From Nitrospirota bacterium (GTDB lineage: Bacteria > Nitrospirota > UBA9217): DNA of 64,000 nucleotides. The stretch spans positions 190,284 to 254,283 of the forward strand of contig CAVWHO010000021.1 in NCBI GenBank assembly GCA_963754875.1. Reading direction: 5' to 3'. The position numbers and the translations under genes are program-made. The notes beneath the pieces were generated by a model. The model was not told where the DNA came from. It did not search any database and saw only the letters and a program-made list of their open reading frames with translations. Below are positions 41,826 through 51,349 of this stretch, in pieces (the stretch's first letter is position 1; each line of letters opens with the position of its first letter).

Positions 41826-43241
41826 ATGCAAAATATGCGGATACAATTCTTCCACTCATTTTTTTTCGGGAACCGGTTCTTCTTCCTAGTGTTCATCATC
41901 CTTTTACTTGCCTCCCCCTCCTTTGCCGACGAACCTGTCTCCTTCTCCGGCAGTTTTAACCTCCGCGGGGTGGATGCGCTGGAGAAGGACAGCGTAAAGG
42001 AAGAACCGAGTTTGACCGGCAAGATCAAATTCGACACCACGAACCCGGCATGGCGTTTCCATTCCTGGCTCGAAGGAGGATGGGACGGAACGGTGCGCAA
42101 ACCGGAGCAGGCGCAGGACCATGCCCTGTTCAAAAGCTACGACAGGGTCTATCAAAGCAACACGCCCTACCTCGAGTTCAAGGAACTCTACGTTACGCAC
42201 AGTTCAGGGAATCTCGATGTACGGGCCGGTATCCAGCGCTTTGCCTGGGGGAGGTTGGATGAGTATCCGCCGAACGATCTGTTCAATCCCTGGGACTATA
42301 CACAATTCCTGATCAAACCGCTCGAGGACAGAAAAATCGGGGTCCCGGCCCTTTCAGCAACCTTGAGTGCGGCAGACTGGACGTACGAAATCGTCTGGGT
42401 CCCGGTGCTCGTACCCTACCGGCTTCCGATGCCGTATGAGCGCTGGGCAGGAACCTCGCAAGTTGCGTCGATCGCGCAAAGCATCCCGAACGCACAAATC
42501 GTTCCGCAGGAAACGAATCTTCCTGATCGTACCCTTGAAAACAGCAGCGTAGGCCTTCGCATCAAACGCAGTGGCGACATTGAATGGGCACTAAACCTGT
42601 TCCACGGCTATGATACGAGACCCGTGTTCAAGACGACCGTCCTCTCGATCATACCGCAAGCCACGCAGGTAACCATCGACCCCGGGTATGTACCCGACTT
42701 TCATAAGATCAGCGTCGTAGGGATGGATGCAGCAGCAGTCCGAGGCGACCTGAGCCTCAGGGCCGAGGCCGCTTATACACAAGACCGCTACCTGAATATC
42801 CGGAGAGATTTCTGGGGATATCCTTCGGTCCCTTCATTGGGAATCAACCTTTTAAATAACTCCATCGAGCAGAAGCACAATACGCTGGATTACGGGATTG
42901 GAGCGGATTATCGCATGTTCGAGGATGGTCTGTTGACCCTACAGGCCCAGCAGACGATCATCTTCGGAAATACAAACCAGTTGTATGAACATAAAGCGGA
43001 AACCCTGCTCTGGGCCAATATAAAGATAGGATGGATGAACCAGAAGATCGAAACGGACCTAAATGTTGCCTACAATCCCGAACACGGCGACAACATGGCA
43101 AAAGCAAACGCCTGGTATATATTTTCAGATTACTGGAAAGCCGGCGTCACCGCAATAACGCTGGAAGGACCGGCGCAGTCGATCTTCGGCAGGTATGCAC
43201 GAAATGATGAGGTCGGGGCAGAGCTCGCATATTCCTGGTAG
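41826..43241 (+). CDS. Outer-membrane beta-barrel (DUF1302-like)
   Basis: Signal ending SFA; ELYV...AGIQRFAWG..D...PNDLFNP; terminal aromatic residue (LAYSW). Confidence 0.75.
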   Translation: MQNMRIQFFHSFFFGNRFFFLVFIILLLASPSFADEPVSFSGSFNLRGVDALEKDSVKEEPSLTGKIKFDTTNPAWRFHSWLEGGWDGTVRKPEQAQDHALFKSYDRVYQSNTPYLEFKELYVTHSSGNLDVRAGIQRFAWGRLDEYPPNDLFNPWDYTQFLIKPLEDRKIGVPALSATLSAADWTYEIVWVPVLVPYRLPMPYERWAGTSQVASIAQSIPNAQIVPQETNLPDRTLENSSVGLRIKRSGDIEWALNLFHGYDTRPVFKTTVLSIIPQATQVTIDPGYVPDFHKISVVGMDAAAVRGDLSLRAEAAYTQDRYLNIRRDFWGYPSVPSLGINLLNNSIEQKHNTLDYGIGADYRMFEDGLLTLQAQQTIIFGNTNQLYEHKAETLLWANIKIGWMNQKIETDLNVAYNPEHGDNMAKANAWYIFSDYWKAGVTAITLEGPAQSIFGRYARNDEVGAELAYSW

Positions 43242-43318
43242 GCAATTGCTGAACTCAGTCCTCAAACTCTTTGTACTCAATACTCCGAACTCCATACTGC
43301 GTACTTGTTCTTGTTTTA

Positions 43319-44500
43319 TCACCGCCGTATCATCTTCAGAAAATTATCAACAAGGATCGGGTTGAAAGAAGTGCCTTTCCCCCTGGTCAGGACGCCCTCG
43401 ATCTTTTCGAGCGAATGAGACTGCTGGTACGACCGCTTGCTCCTCATGGCATCGAACACATCGGCGATAGAGATCAACTGGCTCGTGATGTTCGGCGTCC
43501 AGCCTCCCTTGATCGAAGGATATCCGTTCCCGTCGAATTTCTGGTGGTGTTCCAACGCCGCAAGGACGGCAAGCTTCGGGATCCCTTCTACGCCCATGAG
43601 ATAACGGGCTCCTTTTACCGTATGGGTCTCAATGGCCCTCCGTTCATCCTGGGTAAGCACGCCGGGTTTGCTCAGTATCTCGTCGGGAATGAATATTTTC
43701 CCTATGTCGTGCAGGAGCGATGCGACGCCGATTCGATGAAGGTGCTCGCCTTTAAAGCCCACAAACTCCGCCAGACTCATGGTCAGGATGCACACGTTCG
43801 TGACGTGGGTGAAGGTATATTCGTTCACGGACTTGAGCGAGGCGAGCAAGCTTAACGGGTTGACCTCCTGCCGGAACCCGGTGATAAATCCCTTGACCAT
43901 GTCGTCGACGCTGCGAACATCGATCTTCTTGTGACGCTTGACCCGAAGGTACAGCTCCTTGAGCTCATCGAGTTCCGCGGCTGTCAGGGAAAGTAAATTC
44001 TGATACGCTTCTTGGGACAAATCTGGAGCCGACGCGGGAAGCGTGTCCGTCTGGATGTTCCCCCCGGACGGTCCCCCTTCATCGACTTTCTTGATCCTGA
44101 GTTCCACTTTGCCCAGTTTGATAAACGAGGTGGACCGGACCGAGGCCGCATCCGGAGAGGCCAGGTCCTGAAGAAACCCCTGGAGTTCGGTTTTCGGAAG
44201 TCCTGCAACGAAAGTGATCCGCTCTATCGCTTTTCTTTTCAGGATCCGCGTAAAGTTCGCTACATACGACGCGGTCCCCGTCGCGACAAGCTGCCGGTTG
44301 TCGGCAACGAGATCGTCGCCGATCAGCAGGATCGTGATCTCCGGTTTATGCTGCAGGATTTCCGCAAGTACGGTATTCGCCTTGTCGATATATTGTGCCA
44401 CTTGGGGATGGGTCGGCGAATACAGGCTCGTGTTCATCACCGCAGCGGTAAGCTGTGATATCACCCGCGTCAACCCTTCATGATAGTCATACTGTGCCAT
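43319..44500 (-). CDS. HD-GYP phosphodiesterase
   Basis: YTFTH, LHDIGK, EHH, GNGYP, ADVFDAM. Confidence 0.9.
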   Translation of the reverse strand: MAQYDYHEGLTRVISQLTAAVMNTSLYSPTHPQVAQYIDKANTVLAEILQHKPEITILLIGDDLVADNRQLVATGTASYVANFTRILKRKAIERITFVAGLPKTELQGFLQDLASPDAASVRSTSFIKLGKVELRIKKVDEGGPSGGNIQTDTLPASAPDLSQEAYQNLLSLTAAELDELKELYLRVKRHKKIDVRSVDDMVKGFITGFRQEVNPLSLLASLKSVNEYTFTHVTNVCILTMSLAEFVGFKGEHLHRIGVASLLHDIGKIFIPDEILSKPGVLTQDERRAIETHTVKGARYLMGVEGIPKLAVLAALEHHQKFDGNGYPSIKGGWTPNITSQLISIADVFDAMRSKRSYQQSHSLEKIEGVLTRGKGTSFNPILVDNFLKMIRR

Positions 44501-44553
44501 AACAATCCTGTGTGGATCTGCCCTTTGTTACCACGCCGTACCCATGCCCGTAG

Positions 44554-46821
44554 TCACTGTTTTCCTGCAAGCTGTTTGCAGGCCCTGCGGATCGCATCGC
44601 TGTTCAAACGTTCACCGATCTTGACCAGGCGGGCAATGCTCTCACGCGGATAACGGGCAAGGGAATTGTAAATTGTTTCTTTCATACGGAGAAGCCTTTG
44701 CGGATAGAGCGTCCACGAAGCCTTTGCAAGTTTCTCGAGGTCGGGAATTGCCCGGGGGTCACCGATATTCCCGAGCGCTCCGATGATCTCTTCATTTTCG
44801 GCGTAGTCCGTCTCGAACAGGATGACGCGCTTGAGTTTCGACAAGACATCCTCGGTCACGTCCGCTATCCGGTATTGCCCTGCCAGGGCTACGGCTTCGG
44901 CGGCAAAGTCCGGATCTTTGTCATGGATCGCGGTCCGCAGCGTGGCCACGGAGCCGGGTTCTTTGAATTTCAGGAGTGTGCTGATCGCCTCTATCCTCAC
45001 CTTCTGGTCTTGATGCTGCAACAGCGGTTTGATCGAGGGCACCGATGCAGGGGTCCCTGCTCGGCGGATCAAAATAAGAAGGTTCCGGACGTAGTATGCC
45101 CGCGGGTCCCGAAGTCTTTTCTGCGCTTCGCGTACGGCAGGGTCTCCGAAAAGACAGAGCAGGTTGAAAAGAATGCGCCTGCCCCCCACTGATTCGTCCT
45201 TGCTGTAAATGTCGAGCAGGCCGGGGACCGTGTCCGGTCCGAGTGCCTGGAGCAAGCCGACCGCCTCCTGTCCTTTGTCCCGCATCCACAATTCGAAGGC
45301 CTTTAGCGCCCGTATAATGAAATCCGGGTTGGTGAAGAATTTCCTGGTTTCTTCCGCAATGTCGCGGATGCCCTTCACCGGTTTTTCCGCAGCATGCCTC
45401 CGCAGGGTTTCGAAAACGTCCCAGAGCAGCTCAAAATTGCCGGAGTCGAGAAATTGGGGCATGATCGAAACGAGTTTTTGGGCAAATTCCTTGTAATCTT
45501 CTTCATCGATATTCTCTTCCAGGAATGCGAGAAGCGCCCGGCCGATCTGAAAATCAAGACGGTCGTCTTCCAGCGTCTTCAGGTAATCCTCCATCGGAAA
45601 CGGCTCGACGGTGACCGCGACCCCCTCCGACAGCTGTTTCAACATCGCCTGGTATTCGTCGCTCACAAACTCTTCGTATTTCTCCCGATCGAACAGCTTT
45701 TGCATGTGTTCCGGCAAAACTTCGGGCGCGACAAAATCCTGCAGAGGCTGCTTGCTTTTACCAACGGCTTGTCCCGTTGACGCGTCGTTATGGGCCTGCG
45801 TGAGCTTGCCCACGAGGCCGGCAAGGGACGGCGATATCTCCCTTCCTTCCGCGCTTGCCTGTCCGATCATTTCTATCACCATGTCGTCGGTGAAGCCGCC
45901 GAGGACTTCTGCTGTGTCTGCCGGTGCGTTCGTCCGGGAAGATATCCGGTTGAATGCAACGGACAGAAACTGCTTTCTCAGTTCGGGGTGCAGGTCCTTC
46001 AGAAGAGCGTTCATCCGCGCGAGCGTATTCGATTGTTCCTTCGTAAGCTGTTTCTTTTCGGCCGCGCCGCGCATATAGGTGGAGATGATATGATCGTAAC
46101 TTTGGATCGCCGTATTCGTGTCCAGTTTGCGCTCATTGAGGAGGCGTGCCAGCTCGGACGGGTCGATCTGTTCGGCTTCAGCGATCGACACGCCCTGACC
46201 GGGCGCCGCCAGCGTCCCGGCTGAGAGGTGGGAAACGAAGTCCTGCCAGACATGGGCGCTTGCTCTTTCCTCCACTTTTGCCGTCGGCCTGCTTATTTCC
46301 TGCTCCTCAGTAACGTGAAAGCTGCTATAGTCTACGGCGACGATTTTAATATGGGGGATGCCTGCATCGAATATGACTTTTTCGATCCCGCCGGCGGCCC
46401 TGATGTCGTCGGTTTTGGTCGTGAGAATGCGGTGAAAGCGGACGAGTTCCTCTTTGTCGAGGCCGCGCATAAACGTGACGGCCGCGATTCCCTGCTGGTT
46501 CATCGAAAGTGCGAAGTCACGGTATACGGGATTTTTCTGGTCGAGATAATCGTTCCCGACGAGGAGCGTGTCCTTTGCAACACCAAGGGTCATTTCATCG
46601 CGGATTTCGAACATCTTTTGAAGAATGACATACGCCCGGTCTATGCTATTGACGATCTGGATATGGCCCGGCGGATAAATGCCCACGTTTTTCCGGGAAA
46701 TATTGAGTTCGATAACAGCTTCAGACAAGAGCCGTGCATCGAGCGGTATCTCGCGCTCCATCCGCCGGCTTTTTTCGGCGGCCTCTTCCTTTTTCTGATG
46801 CTCTTCGGGCGCTTCGCTCAT
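44554..46821 (-). CDS. HEAT-repeat protein
   Basis: C-terminal L.D...YVRNL, KVRIEAI, ALGNIGDPRAIP repeats. Confidence 0.8.
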   Translation of the reverse strand: MSEAPEEHQKKEEAAEKSRRMEREIPLDARLLSEAVIELNISRKNVGIYPPGHIQIVNSIDRAYVILQKMFEIRDEMTLGVAKDTLLVGNDYLDQKNPVYRDFALSMNQQGIAAVTFMRGLDKEELVRFHRILTTKTDDIRAAGGIEKVIFDAGIPHIKIVAVDYSSFHVTEEQEISRPTAKVEERASAHVWQDFVSHLSAGTLAAPGQGVSIAEAEQIDPSELARLLNERKLDTNTAIQSYDHIISTYMRGAAEKKQLTKEQSNTLARMNALLKDLHPELRKQFLSVAFNRISSRTNAPADTAEVLGGFTDDMVIEMIGQASAEGREISPSLAGLVGKLTQAHNDASTGQAVGKSKQPLQDFVAPEVLPEHMQKLFDREKYEEFVSDEYQAMLKQLSEGVAVTVEPFPMEDYLKTLEDDRLDFQIGRALLAFLEENIDEEDYKEFAQKLVSIMPQFLDSGNFELLWDVFETLRRHAAEKPVKGIRDIAEETRKFFTNPDFIIRALKAFELWMRDKGQEAVGLLQALGPDTVPGLLDIYSKDESVGGRRILFNLLCLFGDPAVREAQKRLRDPRAYYVRNLLILIRRAGTPASVPSIKPLLQHQDQKVRIEAISTLLKFKEPGSVATLRTAIHDKDPDFAAEAVALAGQYRIADVTEDVLSKLKRVILFETDYAENEEIIGALGNIGDPRAIPDLEKLAKASWTLYPQRLLRMKETIYNSLARYPRESIARLVKIGERLNSDAIRRACKQLAGKQ

Positions 46822-47014
46822 GAATATATTATATACAGTTTTGATAAATATTGCATCATTTTGATGACGGGCGGGAGAGGCCATCATGTGACAGCCTCAT
46901 CGCTGCCCTATCTTCTTCGACTTCTATGCTATACTTTAACCGCAAGCGGGAAGATCTCTGCTCGCGAAATTTTGATCAGCGGGAAAACAACATAATGGGA
47001 ATACACTGTGCGCC

Positions 47015-48058
47015 ATGATCTTCAGAGTGTTGCAGAAAGATGAGCTGAAAACACTATTTAACCGGATGGCGATCGAAAATACCACGGTCGGTCCGATCGA
47101 ATCAGGGACTGACCGGAACGGCAATACCCTTTTTGCCTTTGAACAAGTCAAAGATTTCGAAAAGCTCCGTCTTGATTACCCTACCACAAAACTGCCGGCC
47201 AAGCGGTATTTTCTCCCCTATCGGGAAGACCTCGCCTCCTTCGAGTTTAAAAGAGACGACTGGCAAAAGCACACCAGCTACAACAGCGACCGGCCCTATG
47301 TCTTTTTCGGTCTCCATGCCTGCGACATCAATGCGCTCAACAAGCTCGACAAGGTCCTCATGGGCAGCGTGTATCCCATGCCCTACTATGCCGCCAAACG
47401 AAACAACATGTTCATCATCGGCATCGACTGCCGGCCCCAGCCGTTCTGTTTCTGCCGATCCATGGGGGCCGACAGCGTAACCCATGGCTTCGACCTGTTC
47501 CTGACCGATCTTGGAAACCGCTATTTCGTGGAAATCCTCTCAGCAACGGCGTACAACTTTCTGAAAACCGTAAAGACCTCTGAACCGGAAGAAAACGACC
47601 ATGCCCTCTACATGAAGGCTGTTGCCGAAAGGAACAGGCAGTTCACGGCCCATGTCGATACCTCCGATCTGGCCAAGATCCTCGACATGGAGTTTCAATC
47701 GCCGGTCTGGAAACAATGGGGCGACAGATGCCTTGCCTGTGGGACCTGCGCGAACGTCTGCCCGACCTGTTACTGCTATGGAGTCGAGGAGACCGTTGCC
47801 GTAGATCTCAAAAGCGCGCAGAAGAAGAAAACGCTCTATTCCTGCAACCTCATCGATTTCGCCGAGGTCGCCGGCGGCCACAACTTCAGGGCCGAACGGT
47901 CAACGCGGCTCAAGTATCGGTACTACCACAAGCATCGCGGGTTCGTAGAAGCCTTTGAGGAATCACTCTGTGTCGGCTGCGGCCGGTGCGGCGAGGCTTG
48001 CCTTGCCGGCATCACGGTCCCCGAGGTCATAGCCAGCGTACGGGGAGAGGAGAAGTAA
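47015..48058 (+). CDS. Group 3b hydrogenase beta subunit (4Fe-4S, AsrA-like)
   Basis: [27 protein letters not shown]. Confidence 0.88.
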   Translation: MIFRVLQKDELKTLFNRMAIENTTVGPIESGTDRNGNTLFAFEQVKDFEKLRLDYPTTKLPAKRYFLPYREDLASFEFKRDDWQKHTSYNSDRPYVFFGLHACDINALNKLDKVLMGSVYPMPYYAAKRNNMFIIGIDCRPQPFCFCRSMGADSVTHGFDLFLTDLGNRYFVEILSATAYNFLKTVKTSEPEENDHALYMKAVAERNRQFTAHVDTSDLAKILDMEFQSPVWKQWGDRCLACGTCANVCPTCYCYGVEETVAVDLKSAQKKKTLYSCNLIDFAEVAGGHNFRAERSTRLKYRYYHKHRGFVEAFEESLCVGCGRCGEACLAGITVPEVIASVRGEEK

Positions 48059-48059
48059 C

Positions 48060-48962
48060 ATGGACCCTCGACTTCCCTTTCATGAAGTGGTCCCTGCCCG
48101 GAAATGGCAGCGCAAGACCGACCTCGGCAGCTTTGAATATACCTACAAGGCCGAAATAACCAGTATCTACCGGCTCACTGACTTCGAGAACCTCTACCGC
48201 GTGCGCATCATCGACAACGAAGACCGCCGGCACTTTACGTTCCGGCCCGGCCAATTCGTCATGCTGGAGGCGCCCGGTATCGGAGAAGCGCCCTTCTCGA
48301 TATCTTCTTCGCCGAGCAATCACGAGGACATCGAGCTCTGCATCCGCACCGCGGGCAATCTCACCGGGTTCTTAGCCCGCGCCGAGCGCGGCATGCACGT
48401 AGGCGTCCGCGGCCCCTTCGGCACAAACTTCCCCATGGAACGGATGCACGGCGGACATATCCTGCTCATTGCCGGAGGCCTGGGGCTCGCCCCTTTGCGT
48501 GCCCCTATAGCGCATGTACAGGAGCACCGCAGCGAGTTCGACCATGTCGACATCGTGTACGGCACCAGGGACCCCTCCCGGCTCCTGTTCAAGTTCCAGT
48601 ACGAGATGTGGAAAAAGGACGATATCAACCTCCACATCATCCTGGAGCAGCCGGACCCGAGTTGGGCCGGCCCCGTCGGTCTTATCACGAATGTGCTGAA
48701 AGAGATCATCGACAGCCGTGGCGCCTCGTTCATCGACAATACCTACGCCGTCGTATGCGGCCCGCCAATCATGTTCAAATTCGTCTGCACCATGCTTTCC
48801 GAACACGGCATGCCCATGCAGAAAATGTTCGTGTCTCTCGAACGCCGCATGCACTGCGGCATGGGCAAATGCTGCCGCTGCAATGTGGGTTCCACGTATA
48901 CCTGTCTCAAGGGGCCGGTCTTCGACTACTGGACCGTGATGAACCTGAAAGAGGCAATCTGA
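48060..48962 (+). CDS. Group 3b hydrogenase gamma subunit (FAD/NAD(P))
   Basis: [31 protein letters not shown]. Confidence 0.88.
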   Translation: MDPRLPFHEVVPARKWQRKTDLGSFEYTYKAEITSIYRLTDFENLYRVRIIDNEDRRHFTFRPGQFVMLEAPGIGEAPFSISSSPSNHEDIELCIRTAGNLTGFLARAERGMHVGVRGPFGTNFPMERMHGGHILLIAGGLGLAPLRAPIAHVQEHRSEFDHVDIVYGTRDPSRLLFKFQYEMWKKDDINLHIILEQPDPSWAGPVGLITNVLKEIIDSRGASFIDNTYAVVCGPPIMFKFVCTMLSEHGMPMQKMFVSLERRMHCGMGKCCRCNVGSTYTCLKGPVFDYWTVMNLKEAI

Positions 48963-49774
48963 TGGAAAAGCGGTATCCTATGACCAGGACCTTTCTCGGC
49001 GTTCCCGCGCCGCGGCCGAAGGTCGCATTCTTTGAACTGTCTTCCTGCGAGGGATGCCAGCTCCAGATCGTGAACAACGAGGCCTCGCTCCTCGATTTCC
49101 TGTCCCTCGTCGAGGTTGTCAATTTTCGGGAAGCCATGACCGAACAGAACGACGATTACGCCATCGCTTTTGTCGAAGGAAGCGTGACCCGCATTGACGA
49201 AGAAGAACGGCTCAAGAATATCCGGAGCACTGCCAAGGTGCTCGTTGCGTTCGGTTCCTGCGCCTGCTTCGGCGGGGTGAACCAGCTCAAGAACAGGTTC
49301 AAAGACCCGGCATGGGTTAAAAAACAGGTCTATGGAAATCACGCGATCGAGACGAACGATGAAGCCAGACCGCTCGAAGCGTTCGTAGCCGTGGACCTCA
49401 GAATTTTCGGATGCCCCGTAAAAAAAGAAGAGGTGGAAAAAATCGTCACGAACCTCGTGCTCGGGAAATCCATTGTGCTTCCCAAGTATCCGGTCTGCAT
49501 GGAATGCAAGGCCAATGAGAACACCTGTCTCTTCGATCTCGGAGAACCCTGCCTCGGTCCGATAACGCGCGCCGGCTGTGACTCCTGGTGCCCGAACAGC
49601 CGGTTCGGCTGTTGGGGCTGCCGCGGCCCAGCAGAGGACGCGAATATCGAGCAGATGCATGAAATACTGAAGAAGAACGGCTTTTCGCAAGAGGCGATCC
49701 TCGACCGCCTGGAGTGCTTCGGGGGTTTCGCGAAAGCAGCAACGGAACTGAGGGACAGGATTAACCACGGATGA
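48962..49774 (+). CDS. Group 3b hydrogenase delta (small) subunit
   Basis: SCEGCQ, GSCA, GCP, CLGPITRAGC, CWGCRG. Confidence 0.9.
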   Translation: MEKRYPMTRTFLGVPAPRPKVAFFELSSCEGCQLQIVNNEASLLDFLSLVEVVNFREAMTEQNDDYAIAFVEGSVTRIDEEERLKNIRSTAKVLVAFGSCACFGGVNQLKNRFKDPAWVKKQVYGNHAIETNDEARPLEAFVAVDLRIFGCPVKKEEVEKIVTNLVLGKSIVLPKYPVCMECKANENTCLFDLGEPCLGPITRAGCDSWCPNSRFGCWGCRGPAEDANIEQMHEILKKNGFSQEAILDRLECFGGFAKAATELRDRINHG

Positions 49775-49873
49775 GCACGGTTTAGAAACAAAATCATACA
49801 GCTTGTTCAAATAACAAGTATTGATCTTTTGTTGAAGATCGGTAGTTCGCATTACCGTGTTAATCCGTGGTTA
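49762..49873. repeat. Long-range inverted repeat between small and large subunit genes
   Basis: TAACCACGGATgagCACGGT ... ACCGTGttaATCCGTGGTTA. Confidence 0.7.
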
Positions 49874-49888
49874 CAACGAGAGGTATTC

Positions 49889-51163
49889 ATGAAATCAACC
49901 CGCACCATCGATATTCATCACATAACCCGGGTCGAAGGCCACGGCAATATTAAGATAATGATACAGGACGGTAAGCTTGAAGAAGCACGCTGGGAAGTCG
50001 TGGAAACCCCGCGGTTCTTCGAGGCAATGCTTGTGGGCAAGTCATGGGAGAACGCGCCCTGGATCAGCGGCAGGATCTGCGGCATCTGCTCCATCGGCCA
50101 TACGCTGGCAAGCATCCGTGCAGTGGAAAATGCCTTTGCCATCGTACCCACGGAGCAAACGAGGAAACTCCGGCTTCTCCTCAAACACATGGAGACGCTC
50201 CAGAGCCACATGCTTCATCTCTACTTCCTTGCGGCACCCGATTATTTGAACGCAGGCAGCGTTTTCCCGCTGATCAATTCCCATCCCGATGTGGTGCAGC
50301 GGGCCGCGCGGATGAAGCAATTGGCAAATGACGTTTGCGACTGCATCGGCGGACGACGGATGCACCCTACGAGAACAATCGTGGGCGGCTTCACCATGTT
50401 GCCCGAAAAAAAAGAACTCGTGCAATTCAGTACCCGGTTGAAAGACGCTGGAGAAGACCTTTTGCGCACCGCGGAACTATTCCGGACATTCGTACTGCCC
50501 GACTTCACTCGGGAGACCGAATTTGTCTCGCTGAAAGGTGAAGGAAGCTATCCCTTCATCGGTGGAGATTTGGCTTCCACGGACGGCGTTATTAAGAAAG
50601 AACACGAATACCGGTTGATGACCAATGAATTCCTGGTGGAGCAGTCGACTTCAAAATGGAGCCGCTTGTCGCGCGAATCGTTTGCCGTTGGAGCGCTTGC
50701 GCGTGTGAACAATAATTATATATTTCTTCACCCCACAGCCAGGGAGATTGCAGTAAGATTCGGGCTCAAGCCGGTGAACCACAATCCGTATATGAACAAC
50801 ATCGCGCAGCTGGTAGAATGCATTCACGTGGTCATGGACGCCATCACTCTTATCGACGAGCTTACAGGCTCAGCATGGCAGGAACCGCGACAGAAGGTTG
50901 CCCCAAAGAGCGGCGTCGGTGTCGGCGCGGTTGAAGTGCCACGGGGGATCCTCTATCATTGCTACGAGTTCGACAAGGACGGCAGAATCATGTCCGCTGA
51001 TTGTGTTATTCCCACGAGCCAGAACCACGCCAACATCCAACACGATCTCAGCGCCCTTGTTGCCCAGTATGCAAAACAAGGGGCCAATGATCAGAAGATA
51101 GAACTCCTCGCCCAGATGCTCGTCAGGTCTTACGACCCCTGCATATCCTGCTCCGTGCATTGA
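49889..51163 (+). CDS. [NiFe]-hydrogenase large (alpha) subunit, group 3b
   Basis: TRVEGHG, RICGICSIGH, EVPRG, DPCISCSVH. Confidence 0.95.
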   Translation: MKSTRTIDIHHITRVEGHGNIKIMIQDGKLEEARWEVVETPRFFEAMLVGKSWENAPWISGRICGICSIGHTLASIRAVENAFAIVPTEQTRKLRLLLKHMETLQSHMLHLYFLAAPDYLNAGSVFPLINSHPDVVQRAARMKQLANDVCDCIGGRRMHPTRTIVGGFTMLPEKKELVQFSTRLKDAGEDLLRTAELFRTFVLPDFTRETEFVSLKGEGSYPFIGGDLASTDGVIKKEHEYRLMTNEFLVEQSTSKWSRLSRESFAVGALARVNNNYIFLHPTAREIAVRFGLKPVNHNPYMNNIAQLVECIHVVMDAITLIDELTGSAWQEPRQKVAPKSGVGVGAVEVPRGILYHCYEFDKDGRIMSADCVIPTSQNHANIQHDLSALVAQYAKQGANDQKIELLAQMLVRSYDPCISCSVH

Positions 51164-51234
51164 AAATCCGTCTTTTTTCTTGACAACATTGGTACGTGAT
51201 GTTAAATTAATCACCTTGTTGCGGCAAATTATGT

Positions 51235-51310
51235 GGGGCTGTAGCTCAGCTGGGAGAGCACAAGGCTGGCAGTCTTGGGGTCAGGGGTTCGATCCCCCTC
51301 AGCTCCACCA
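51235..51310 (+). tRNA. tRNA-Ala(GGC)
   Basis: GGGGCTG/CAGCTCC acceptor stem with G3:U70, CT-GGC-AG loop, CCA end. Confidence 0.95.
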
Positions 51311-51317
51311 AGAATTC

Positions 51318-51349
51318 AAAGGGTTAGCTTAAAGAGCTAACCCTTTTTC
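51318..51349. terminator. Hairpin terminator after tRNA-Ala, overlapping the integrase stop
   Basis: AAAGGGTTAGCT-taaag-AGCTAACCCTTTTT. Confidence 0.75.

Noticed and set aside
51161..51200. Selenocysteine readthrough at the hydrogenase TGA
   Set aside because: The TGA follows the terminal His, all Ni-ligand positions are Cys, and no SECIS-like hairpin is evident.
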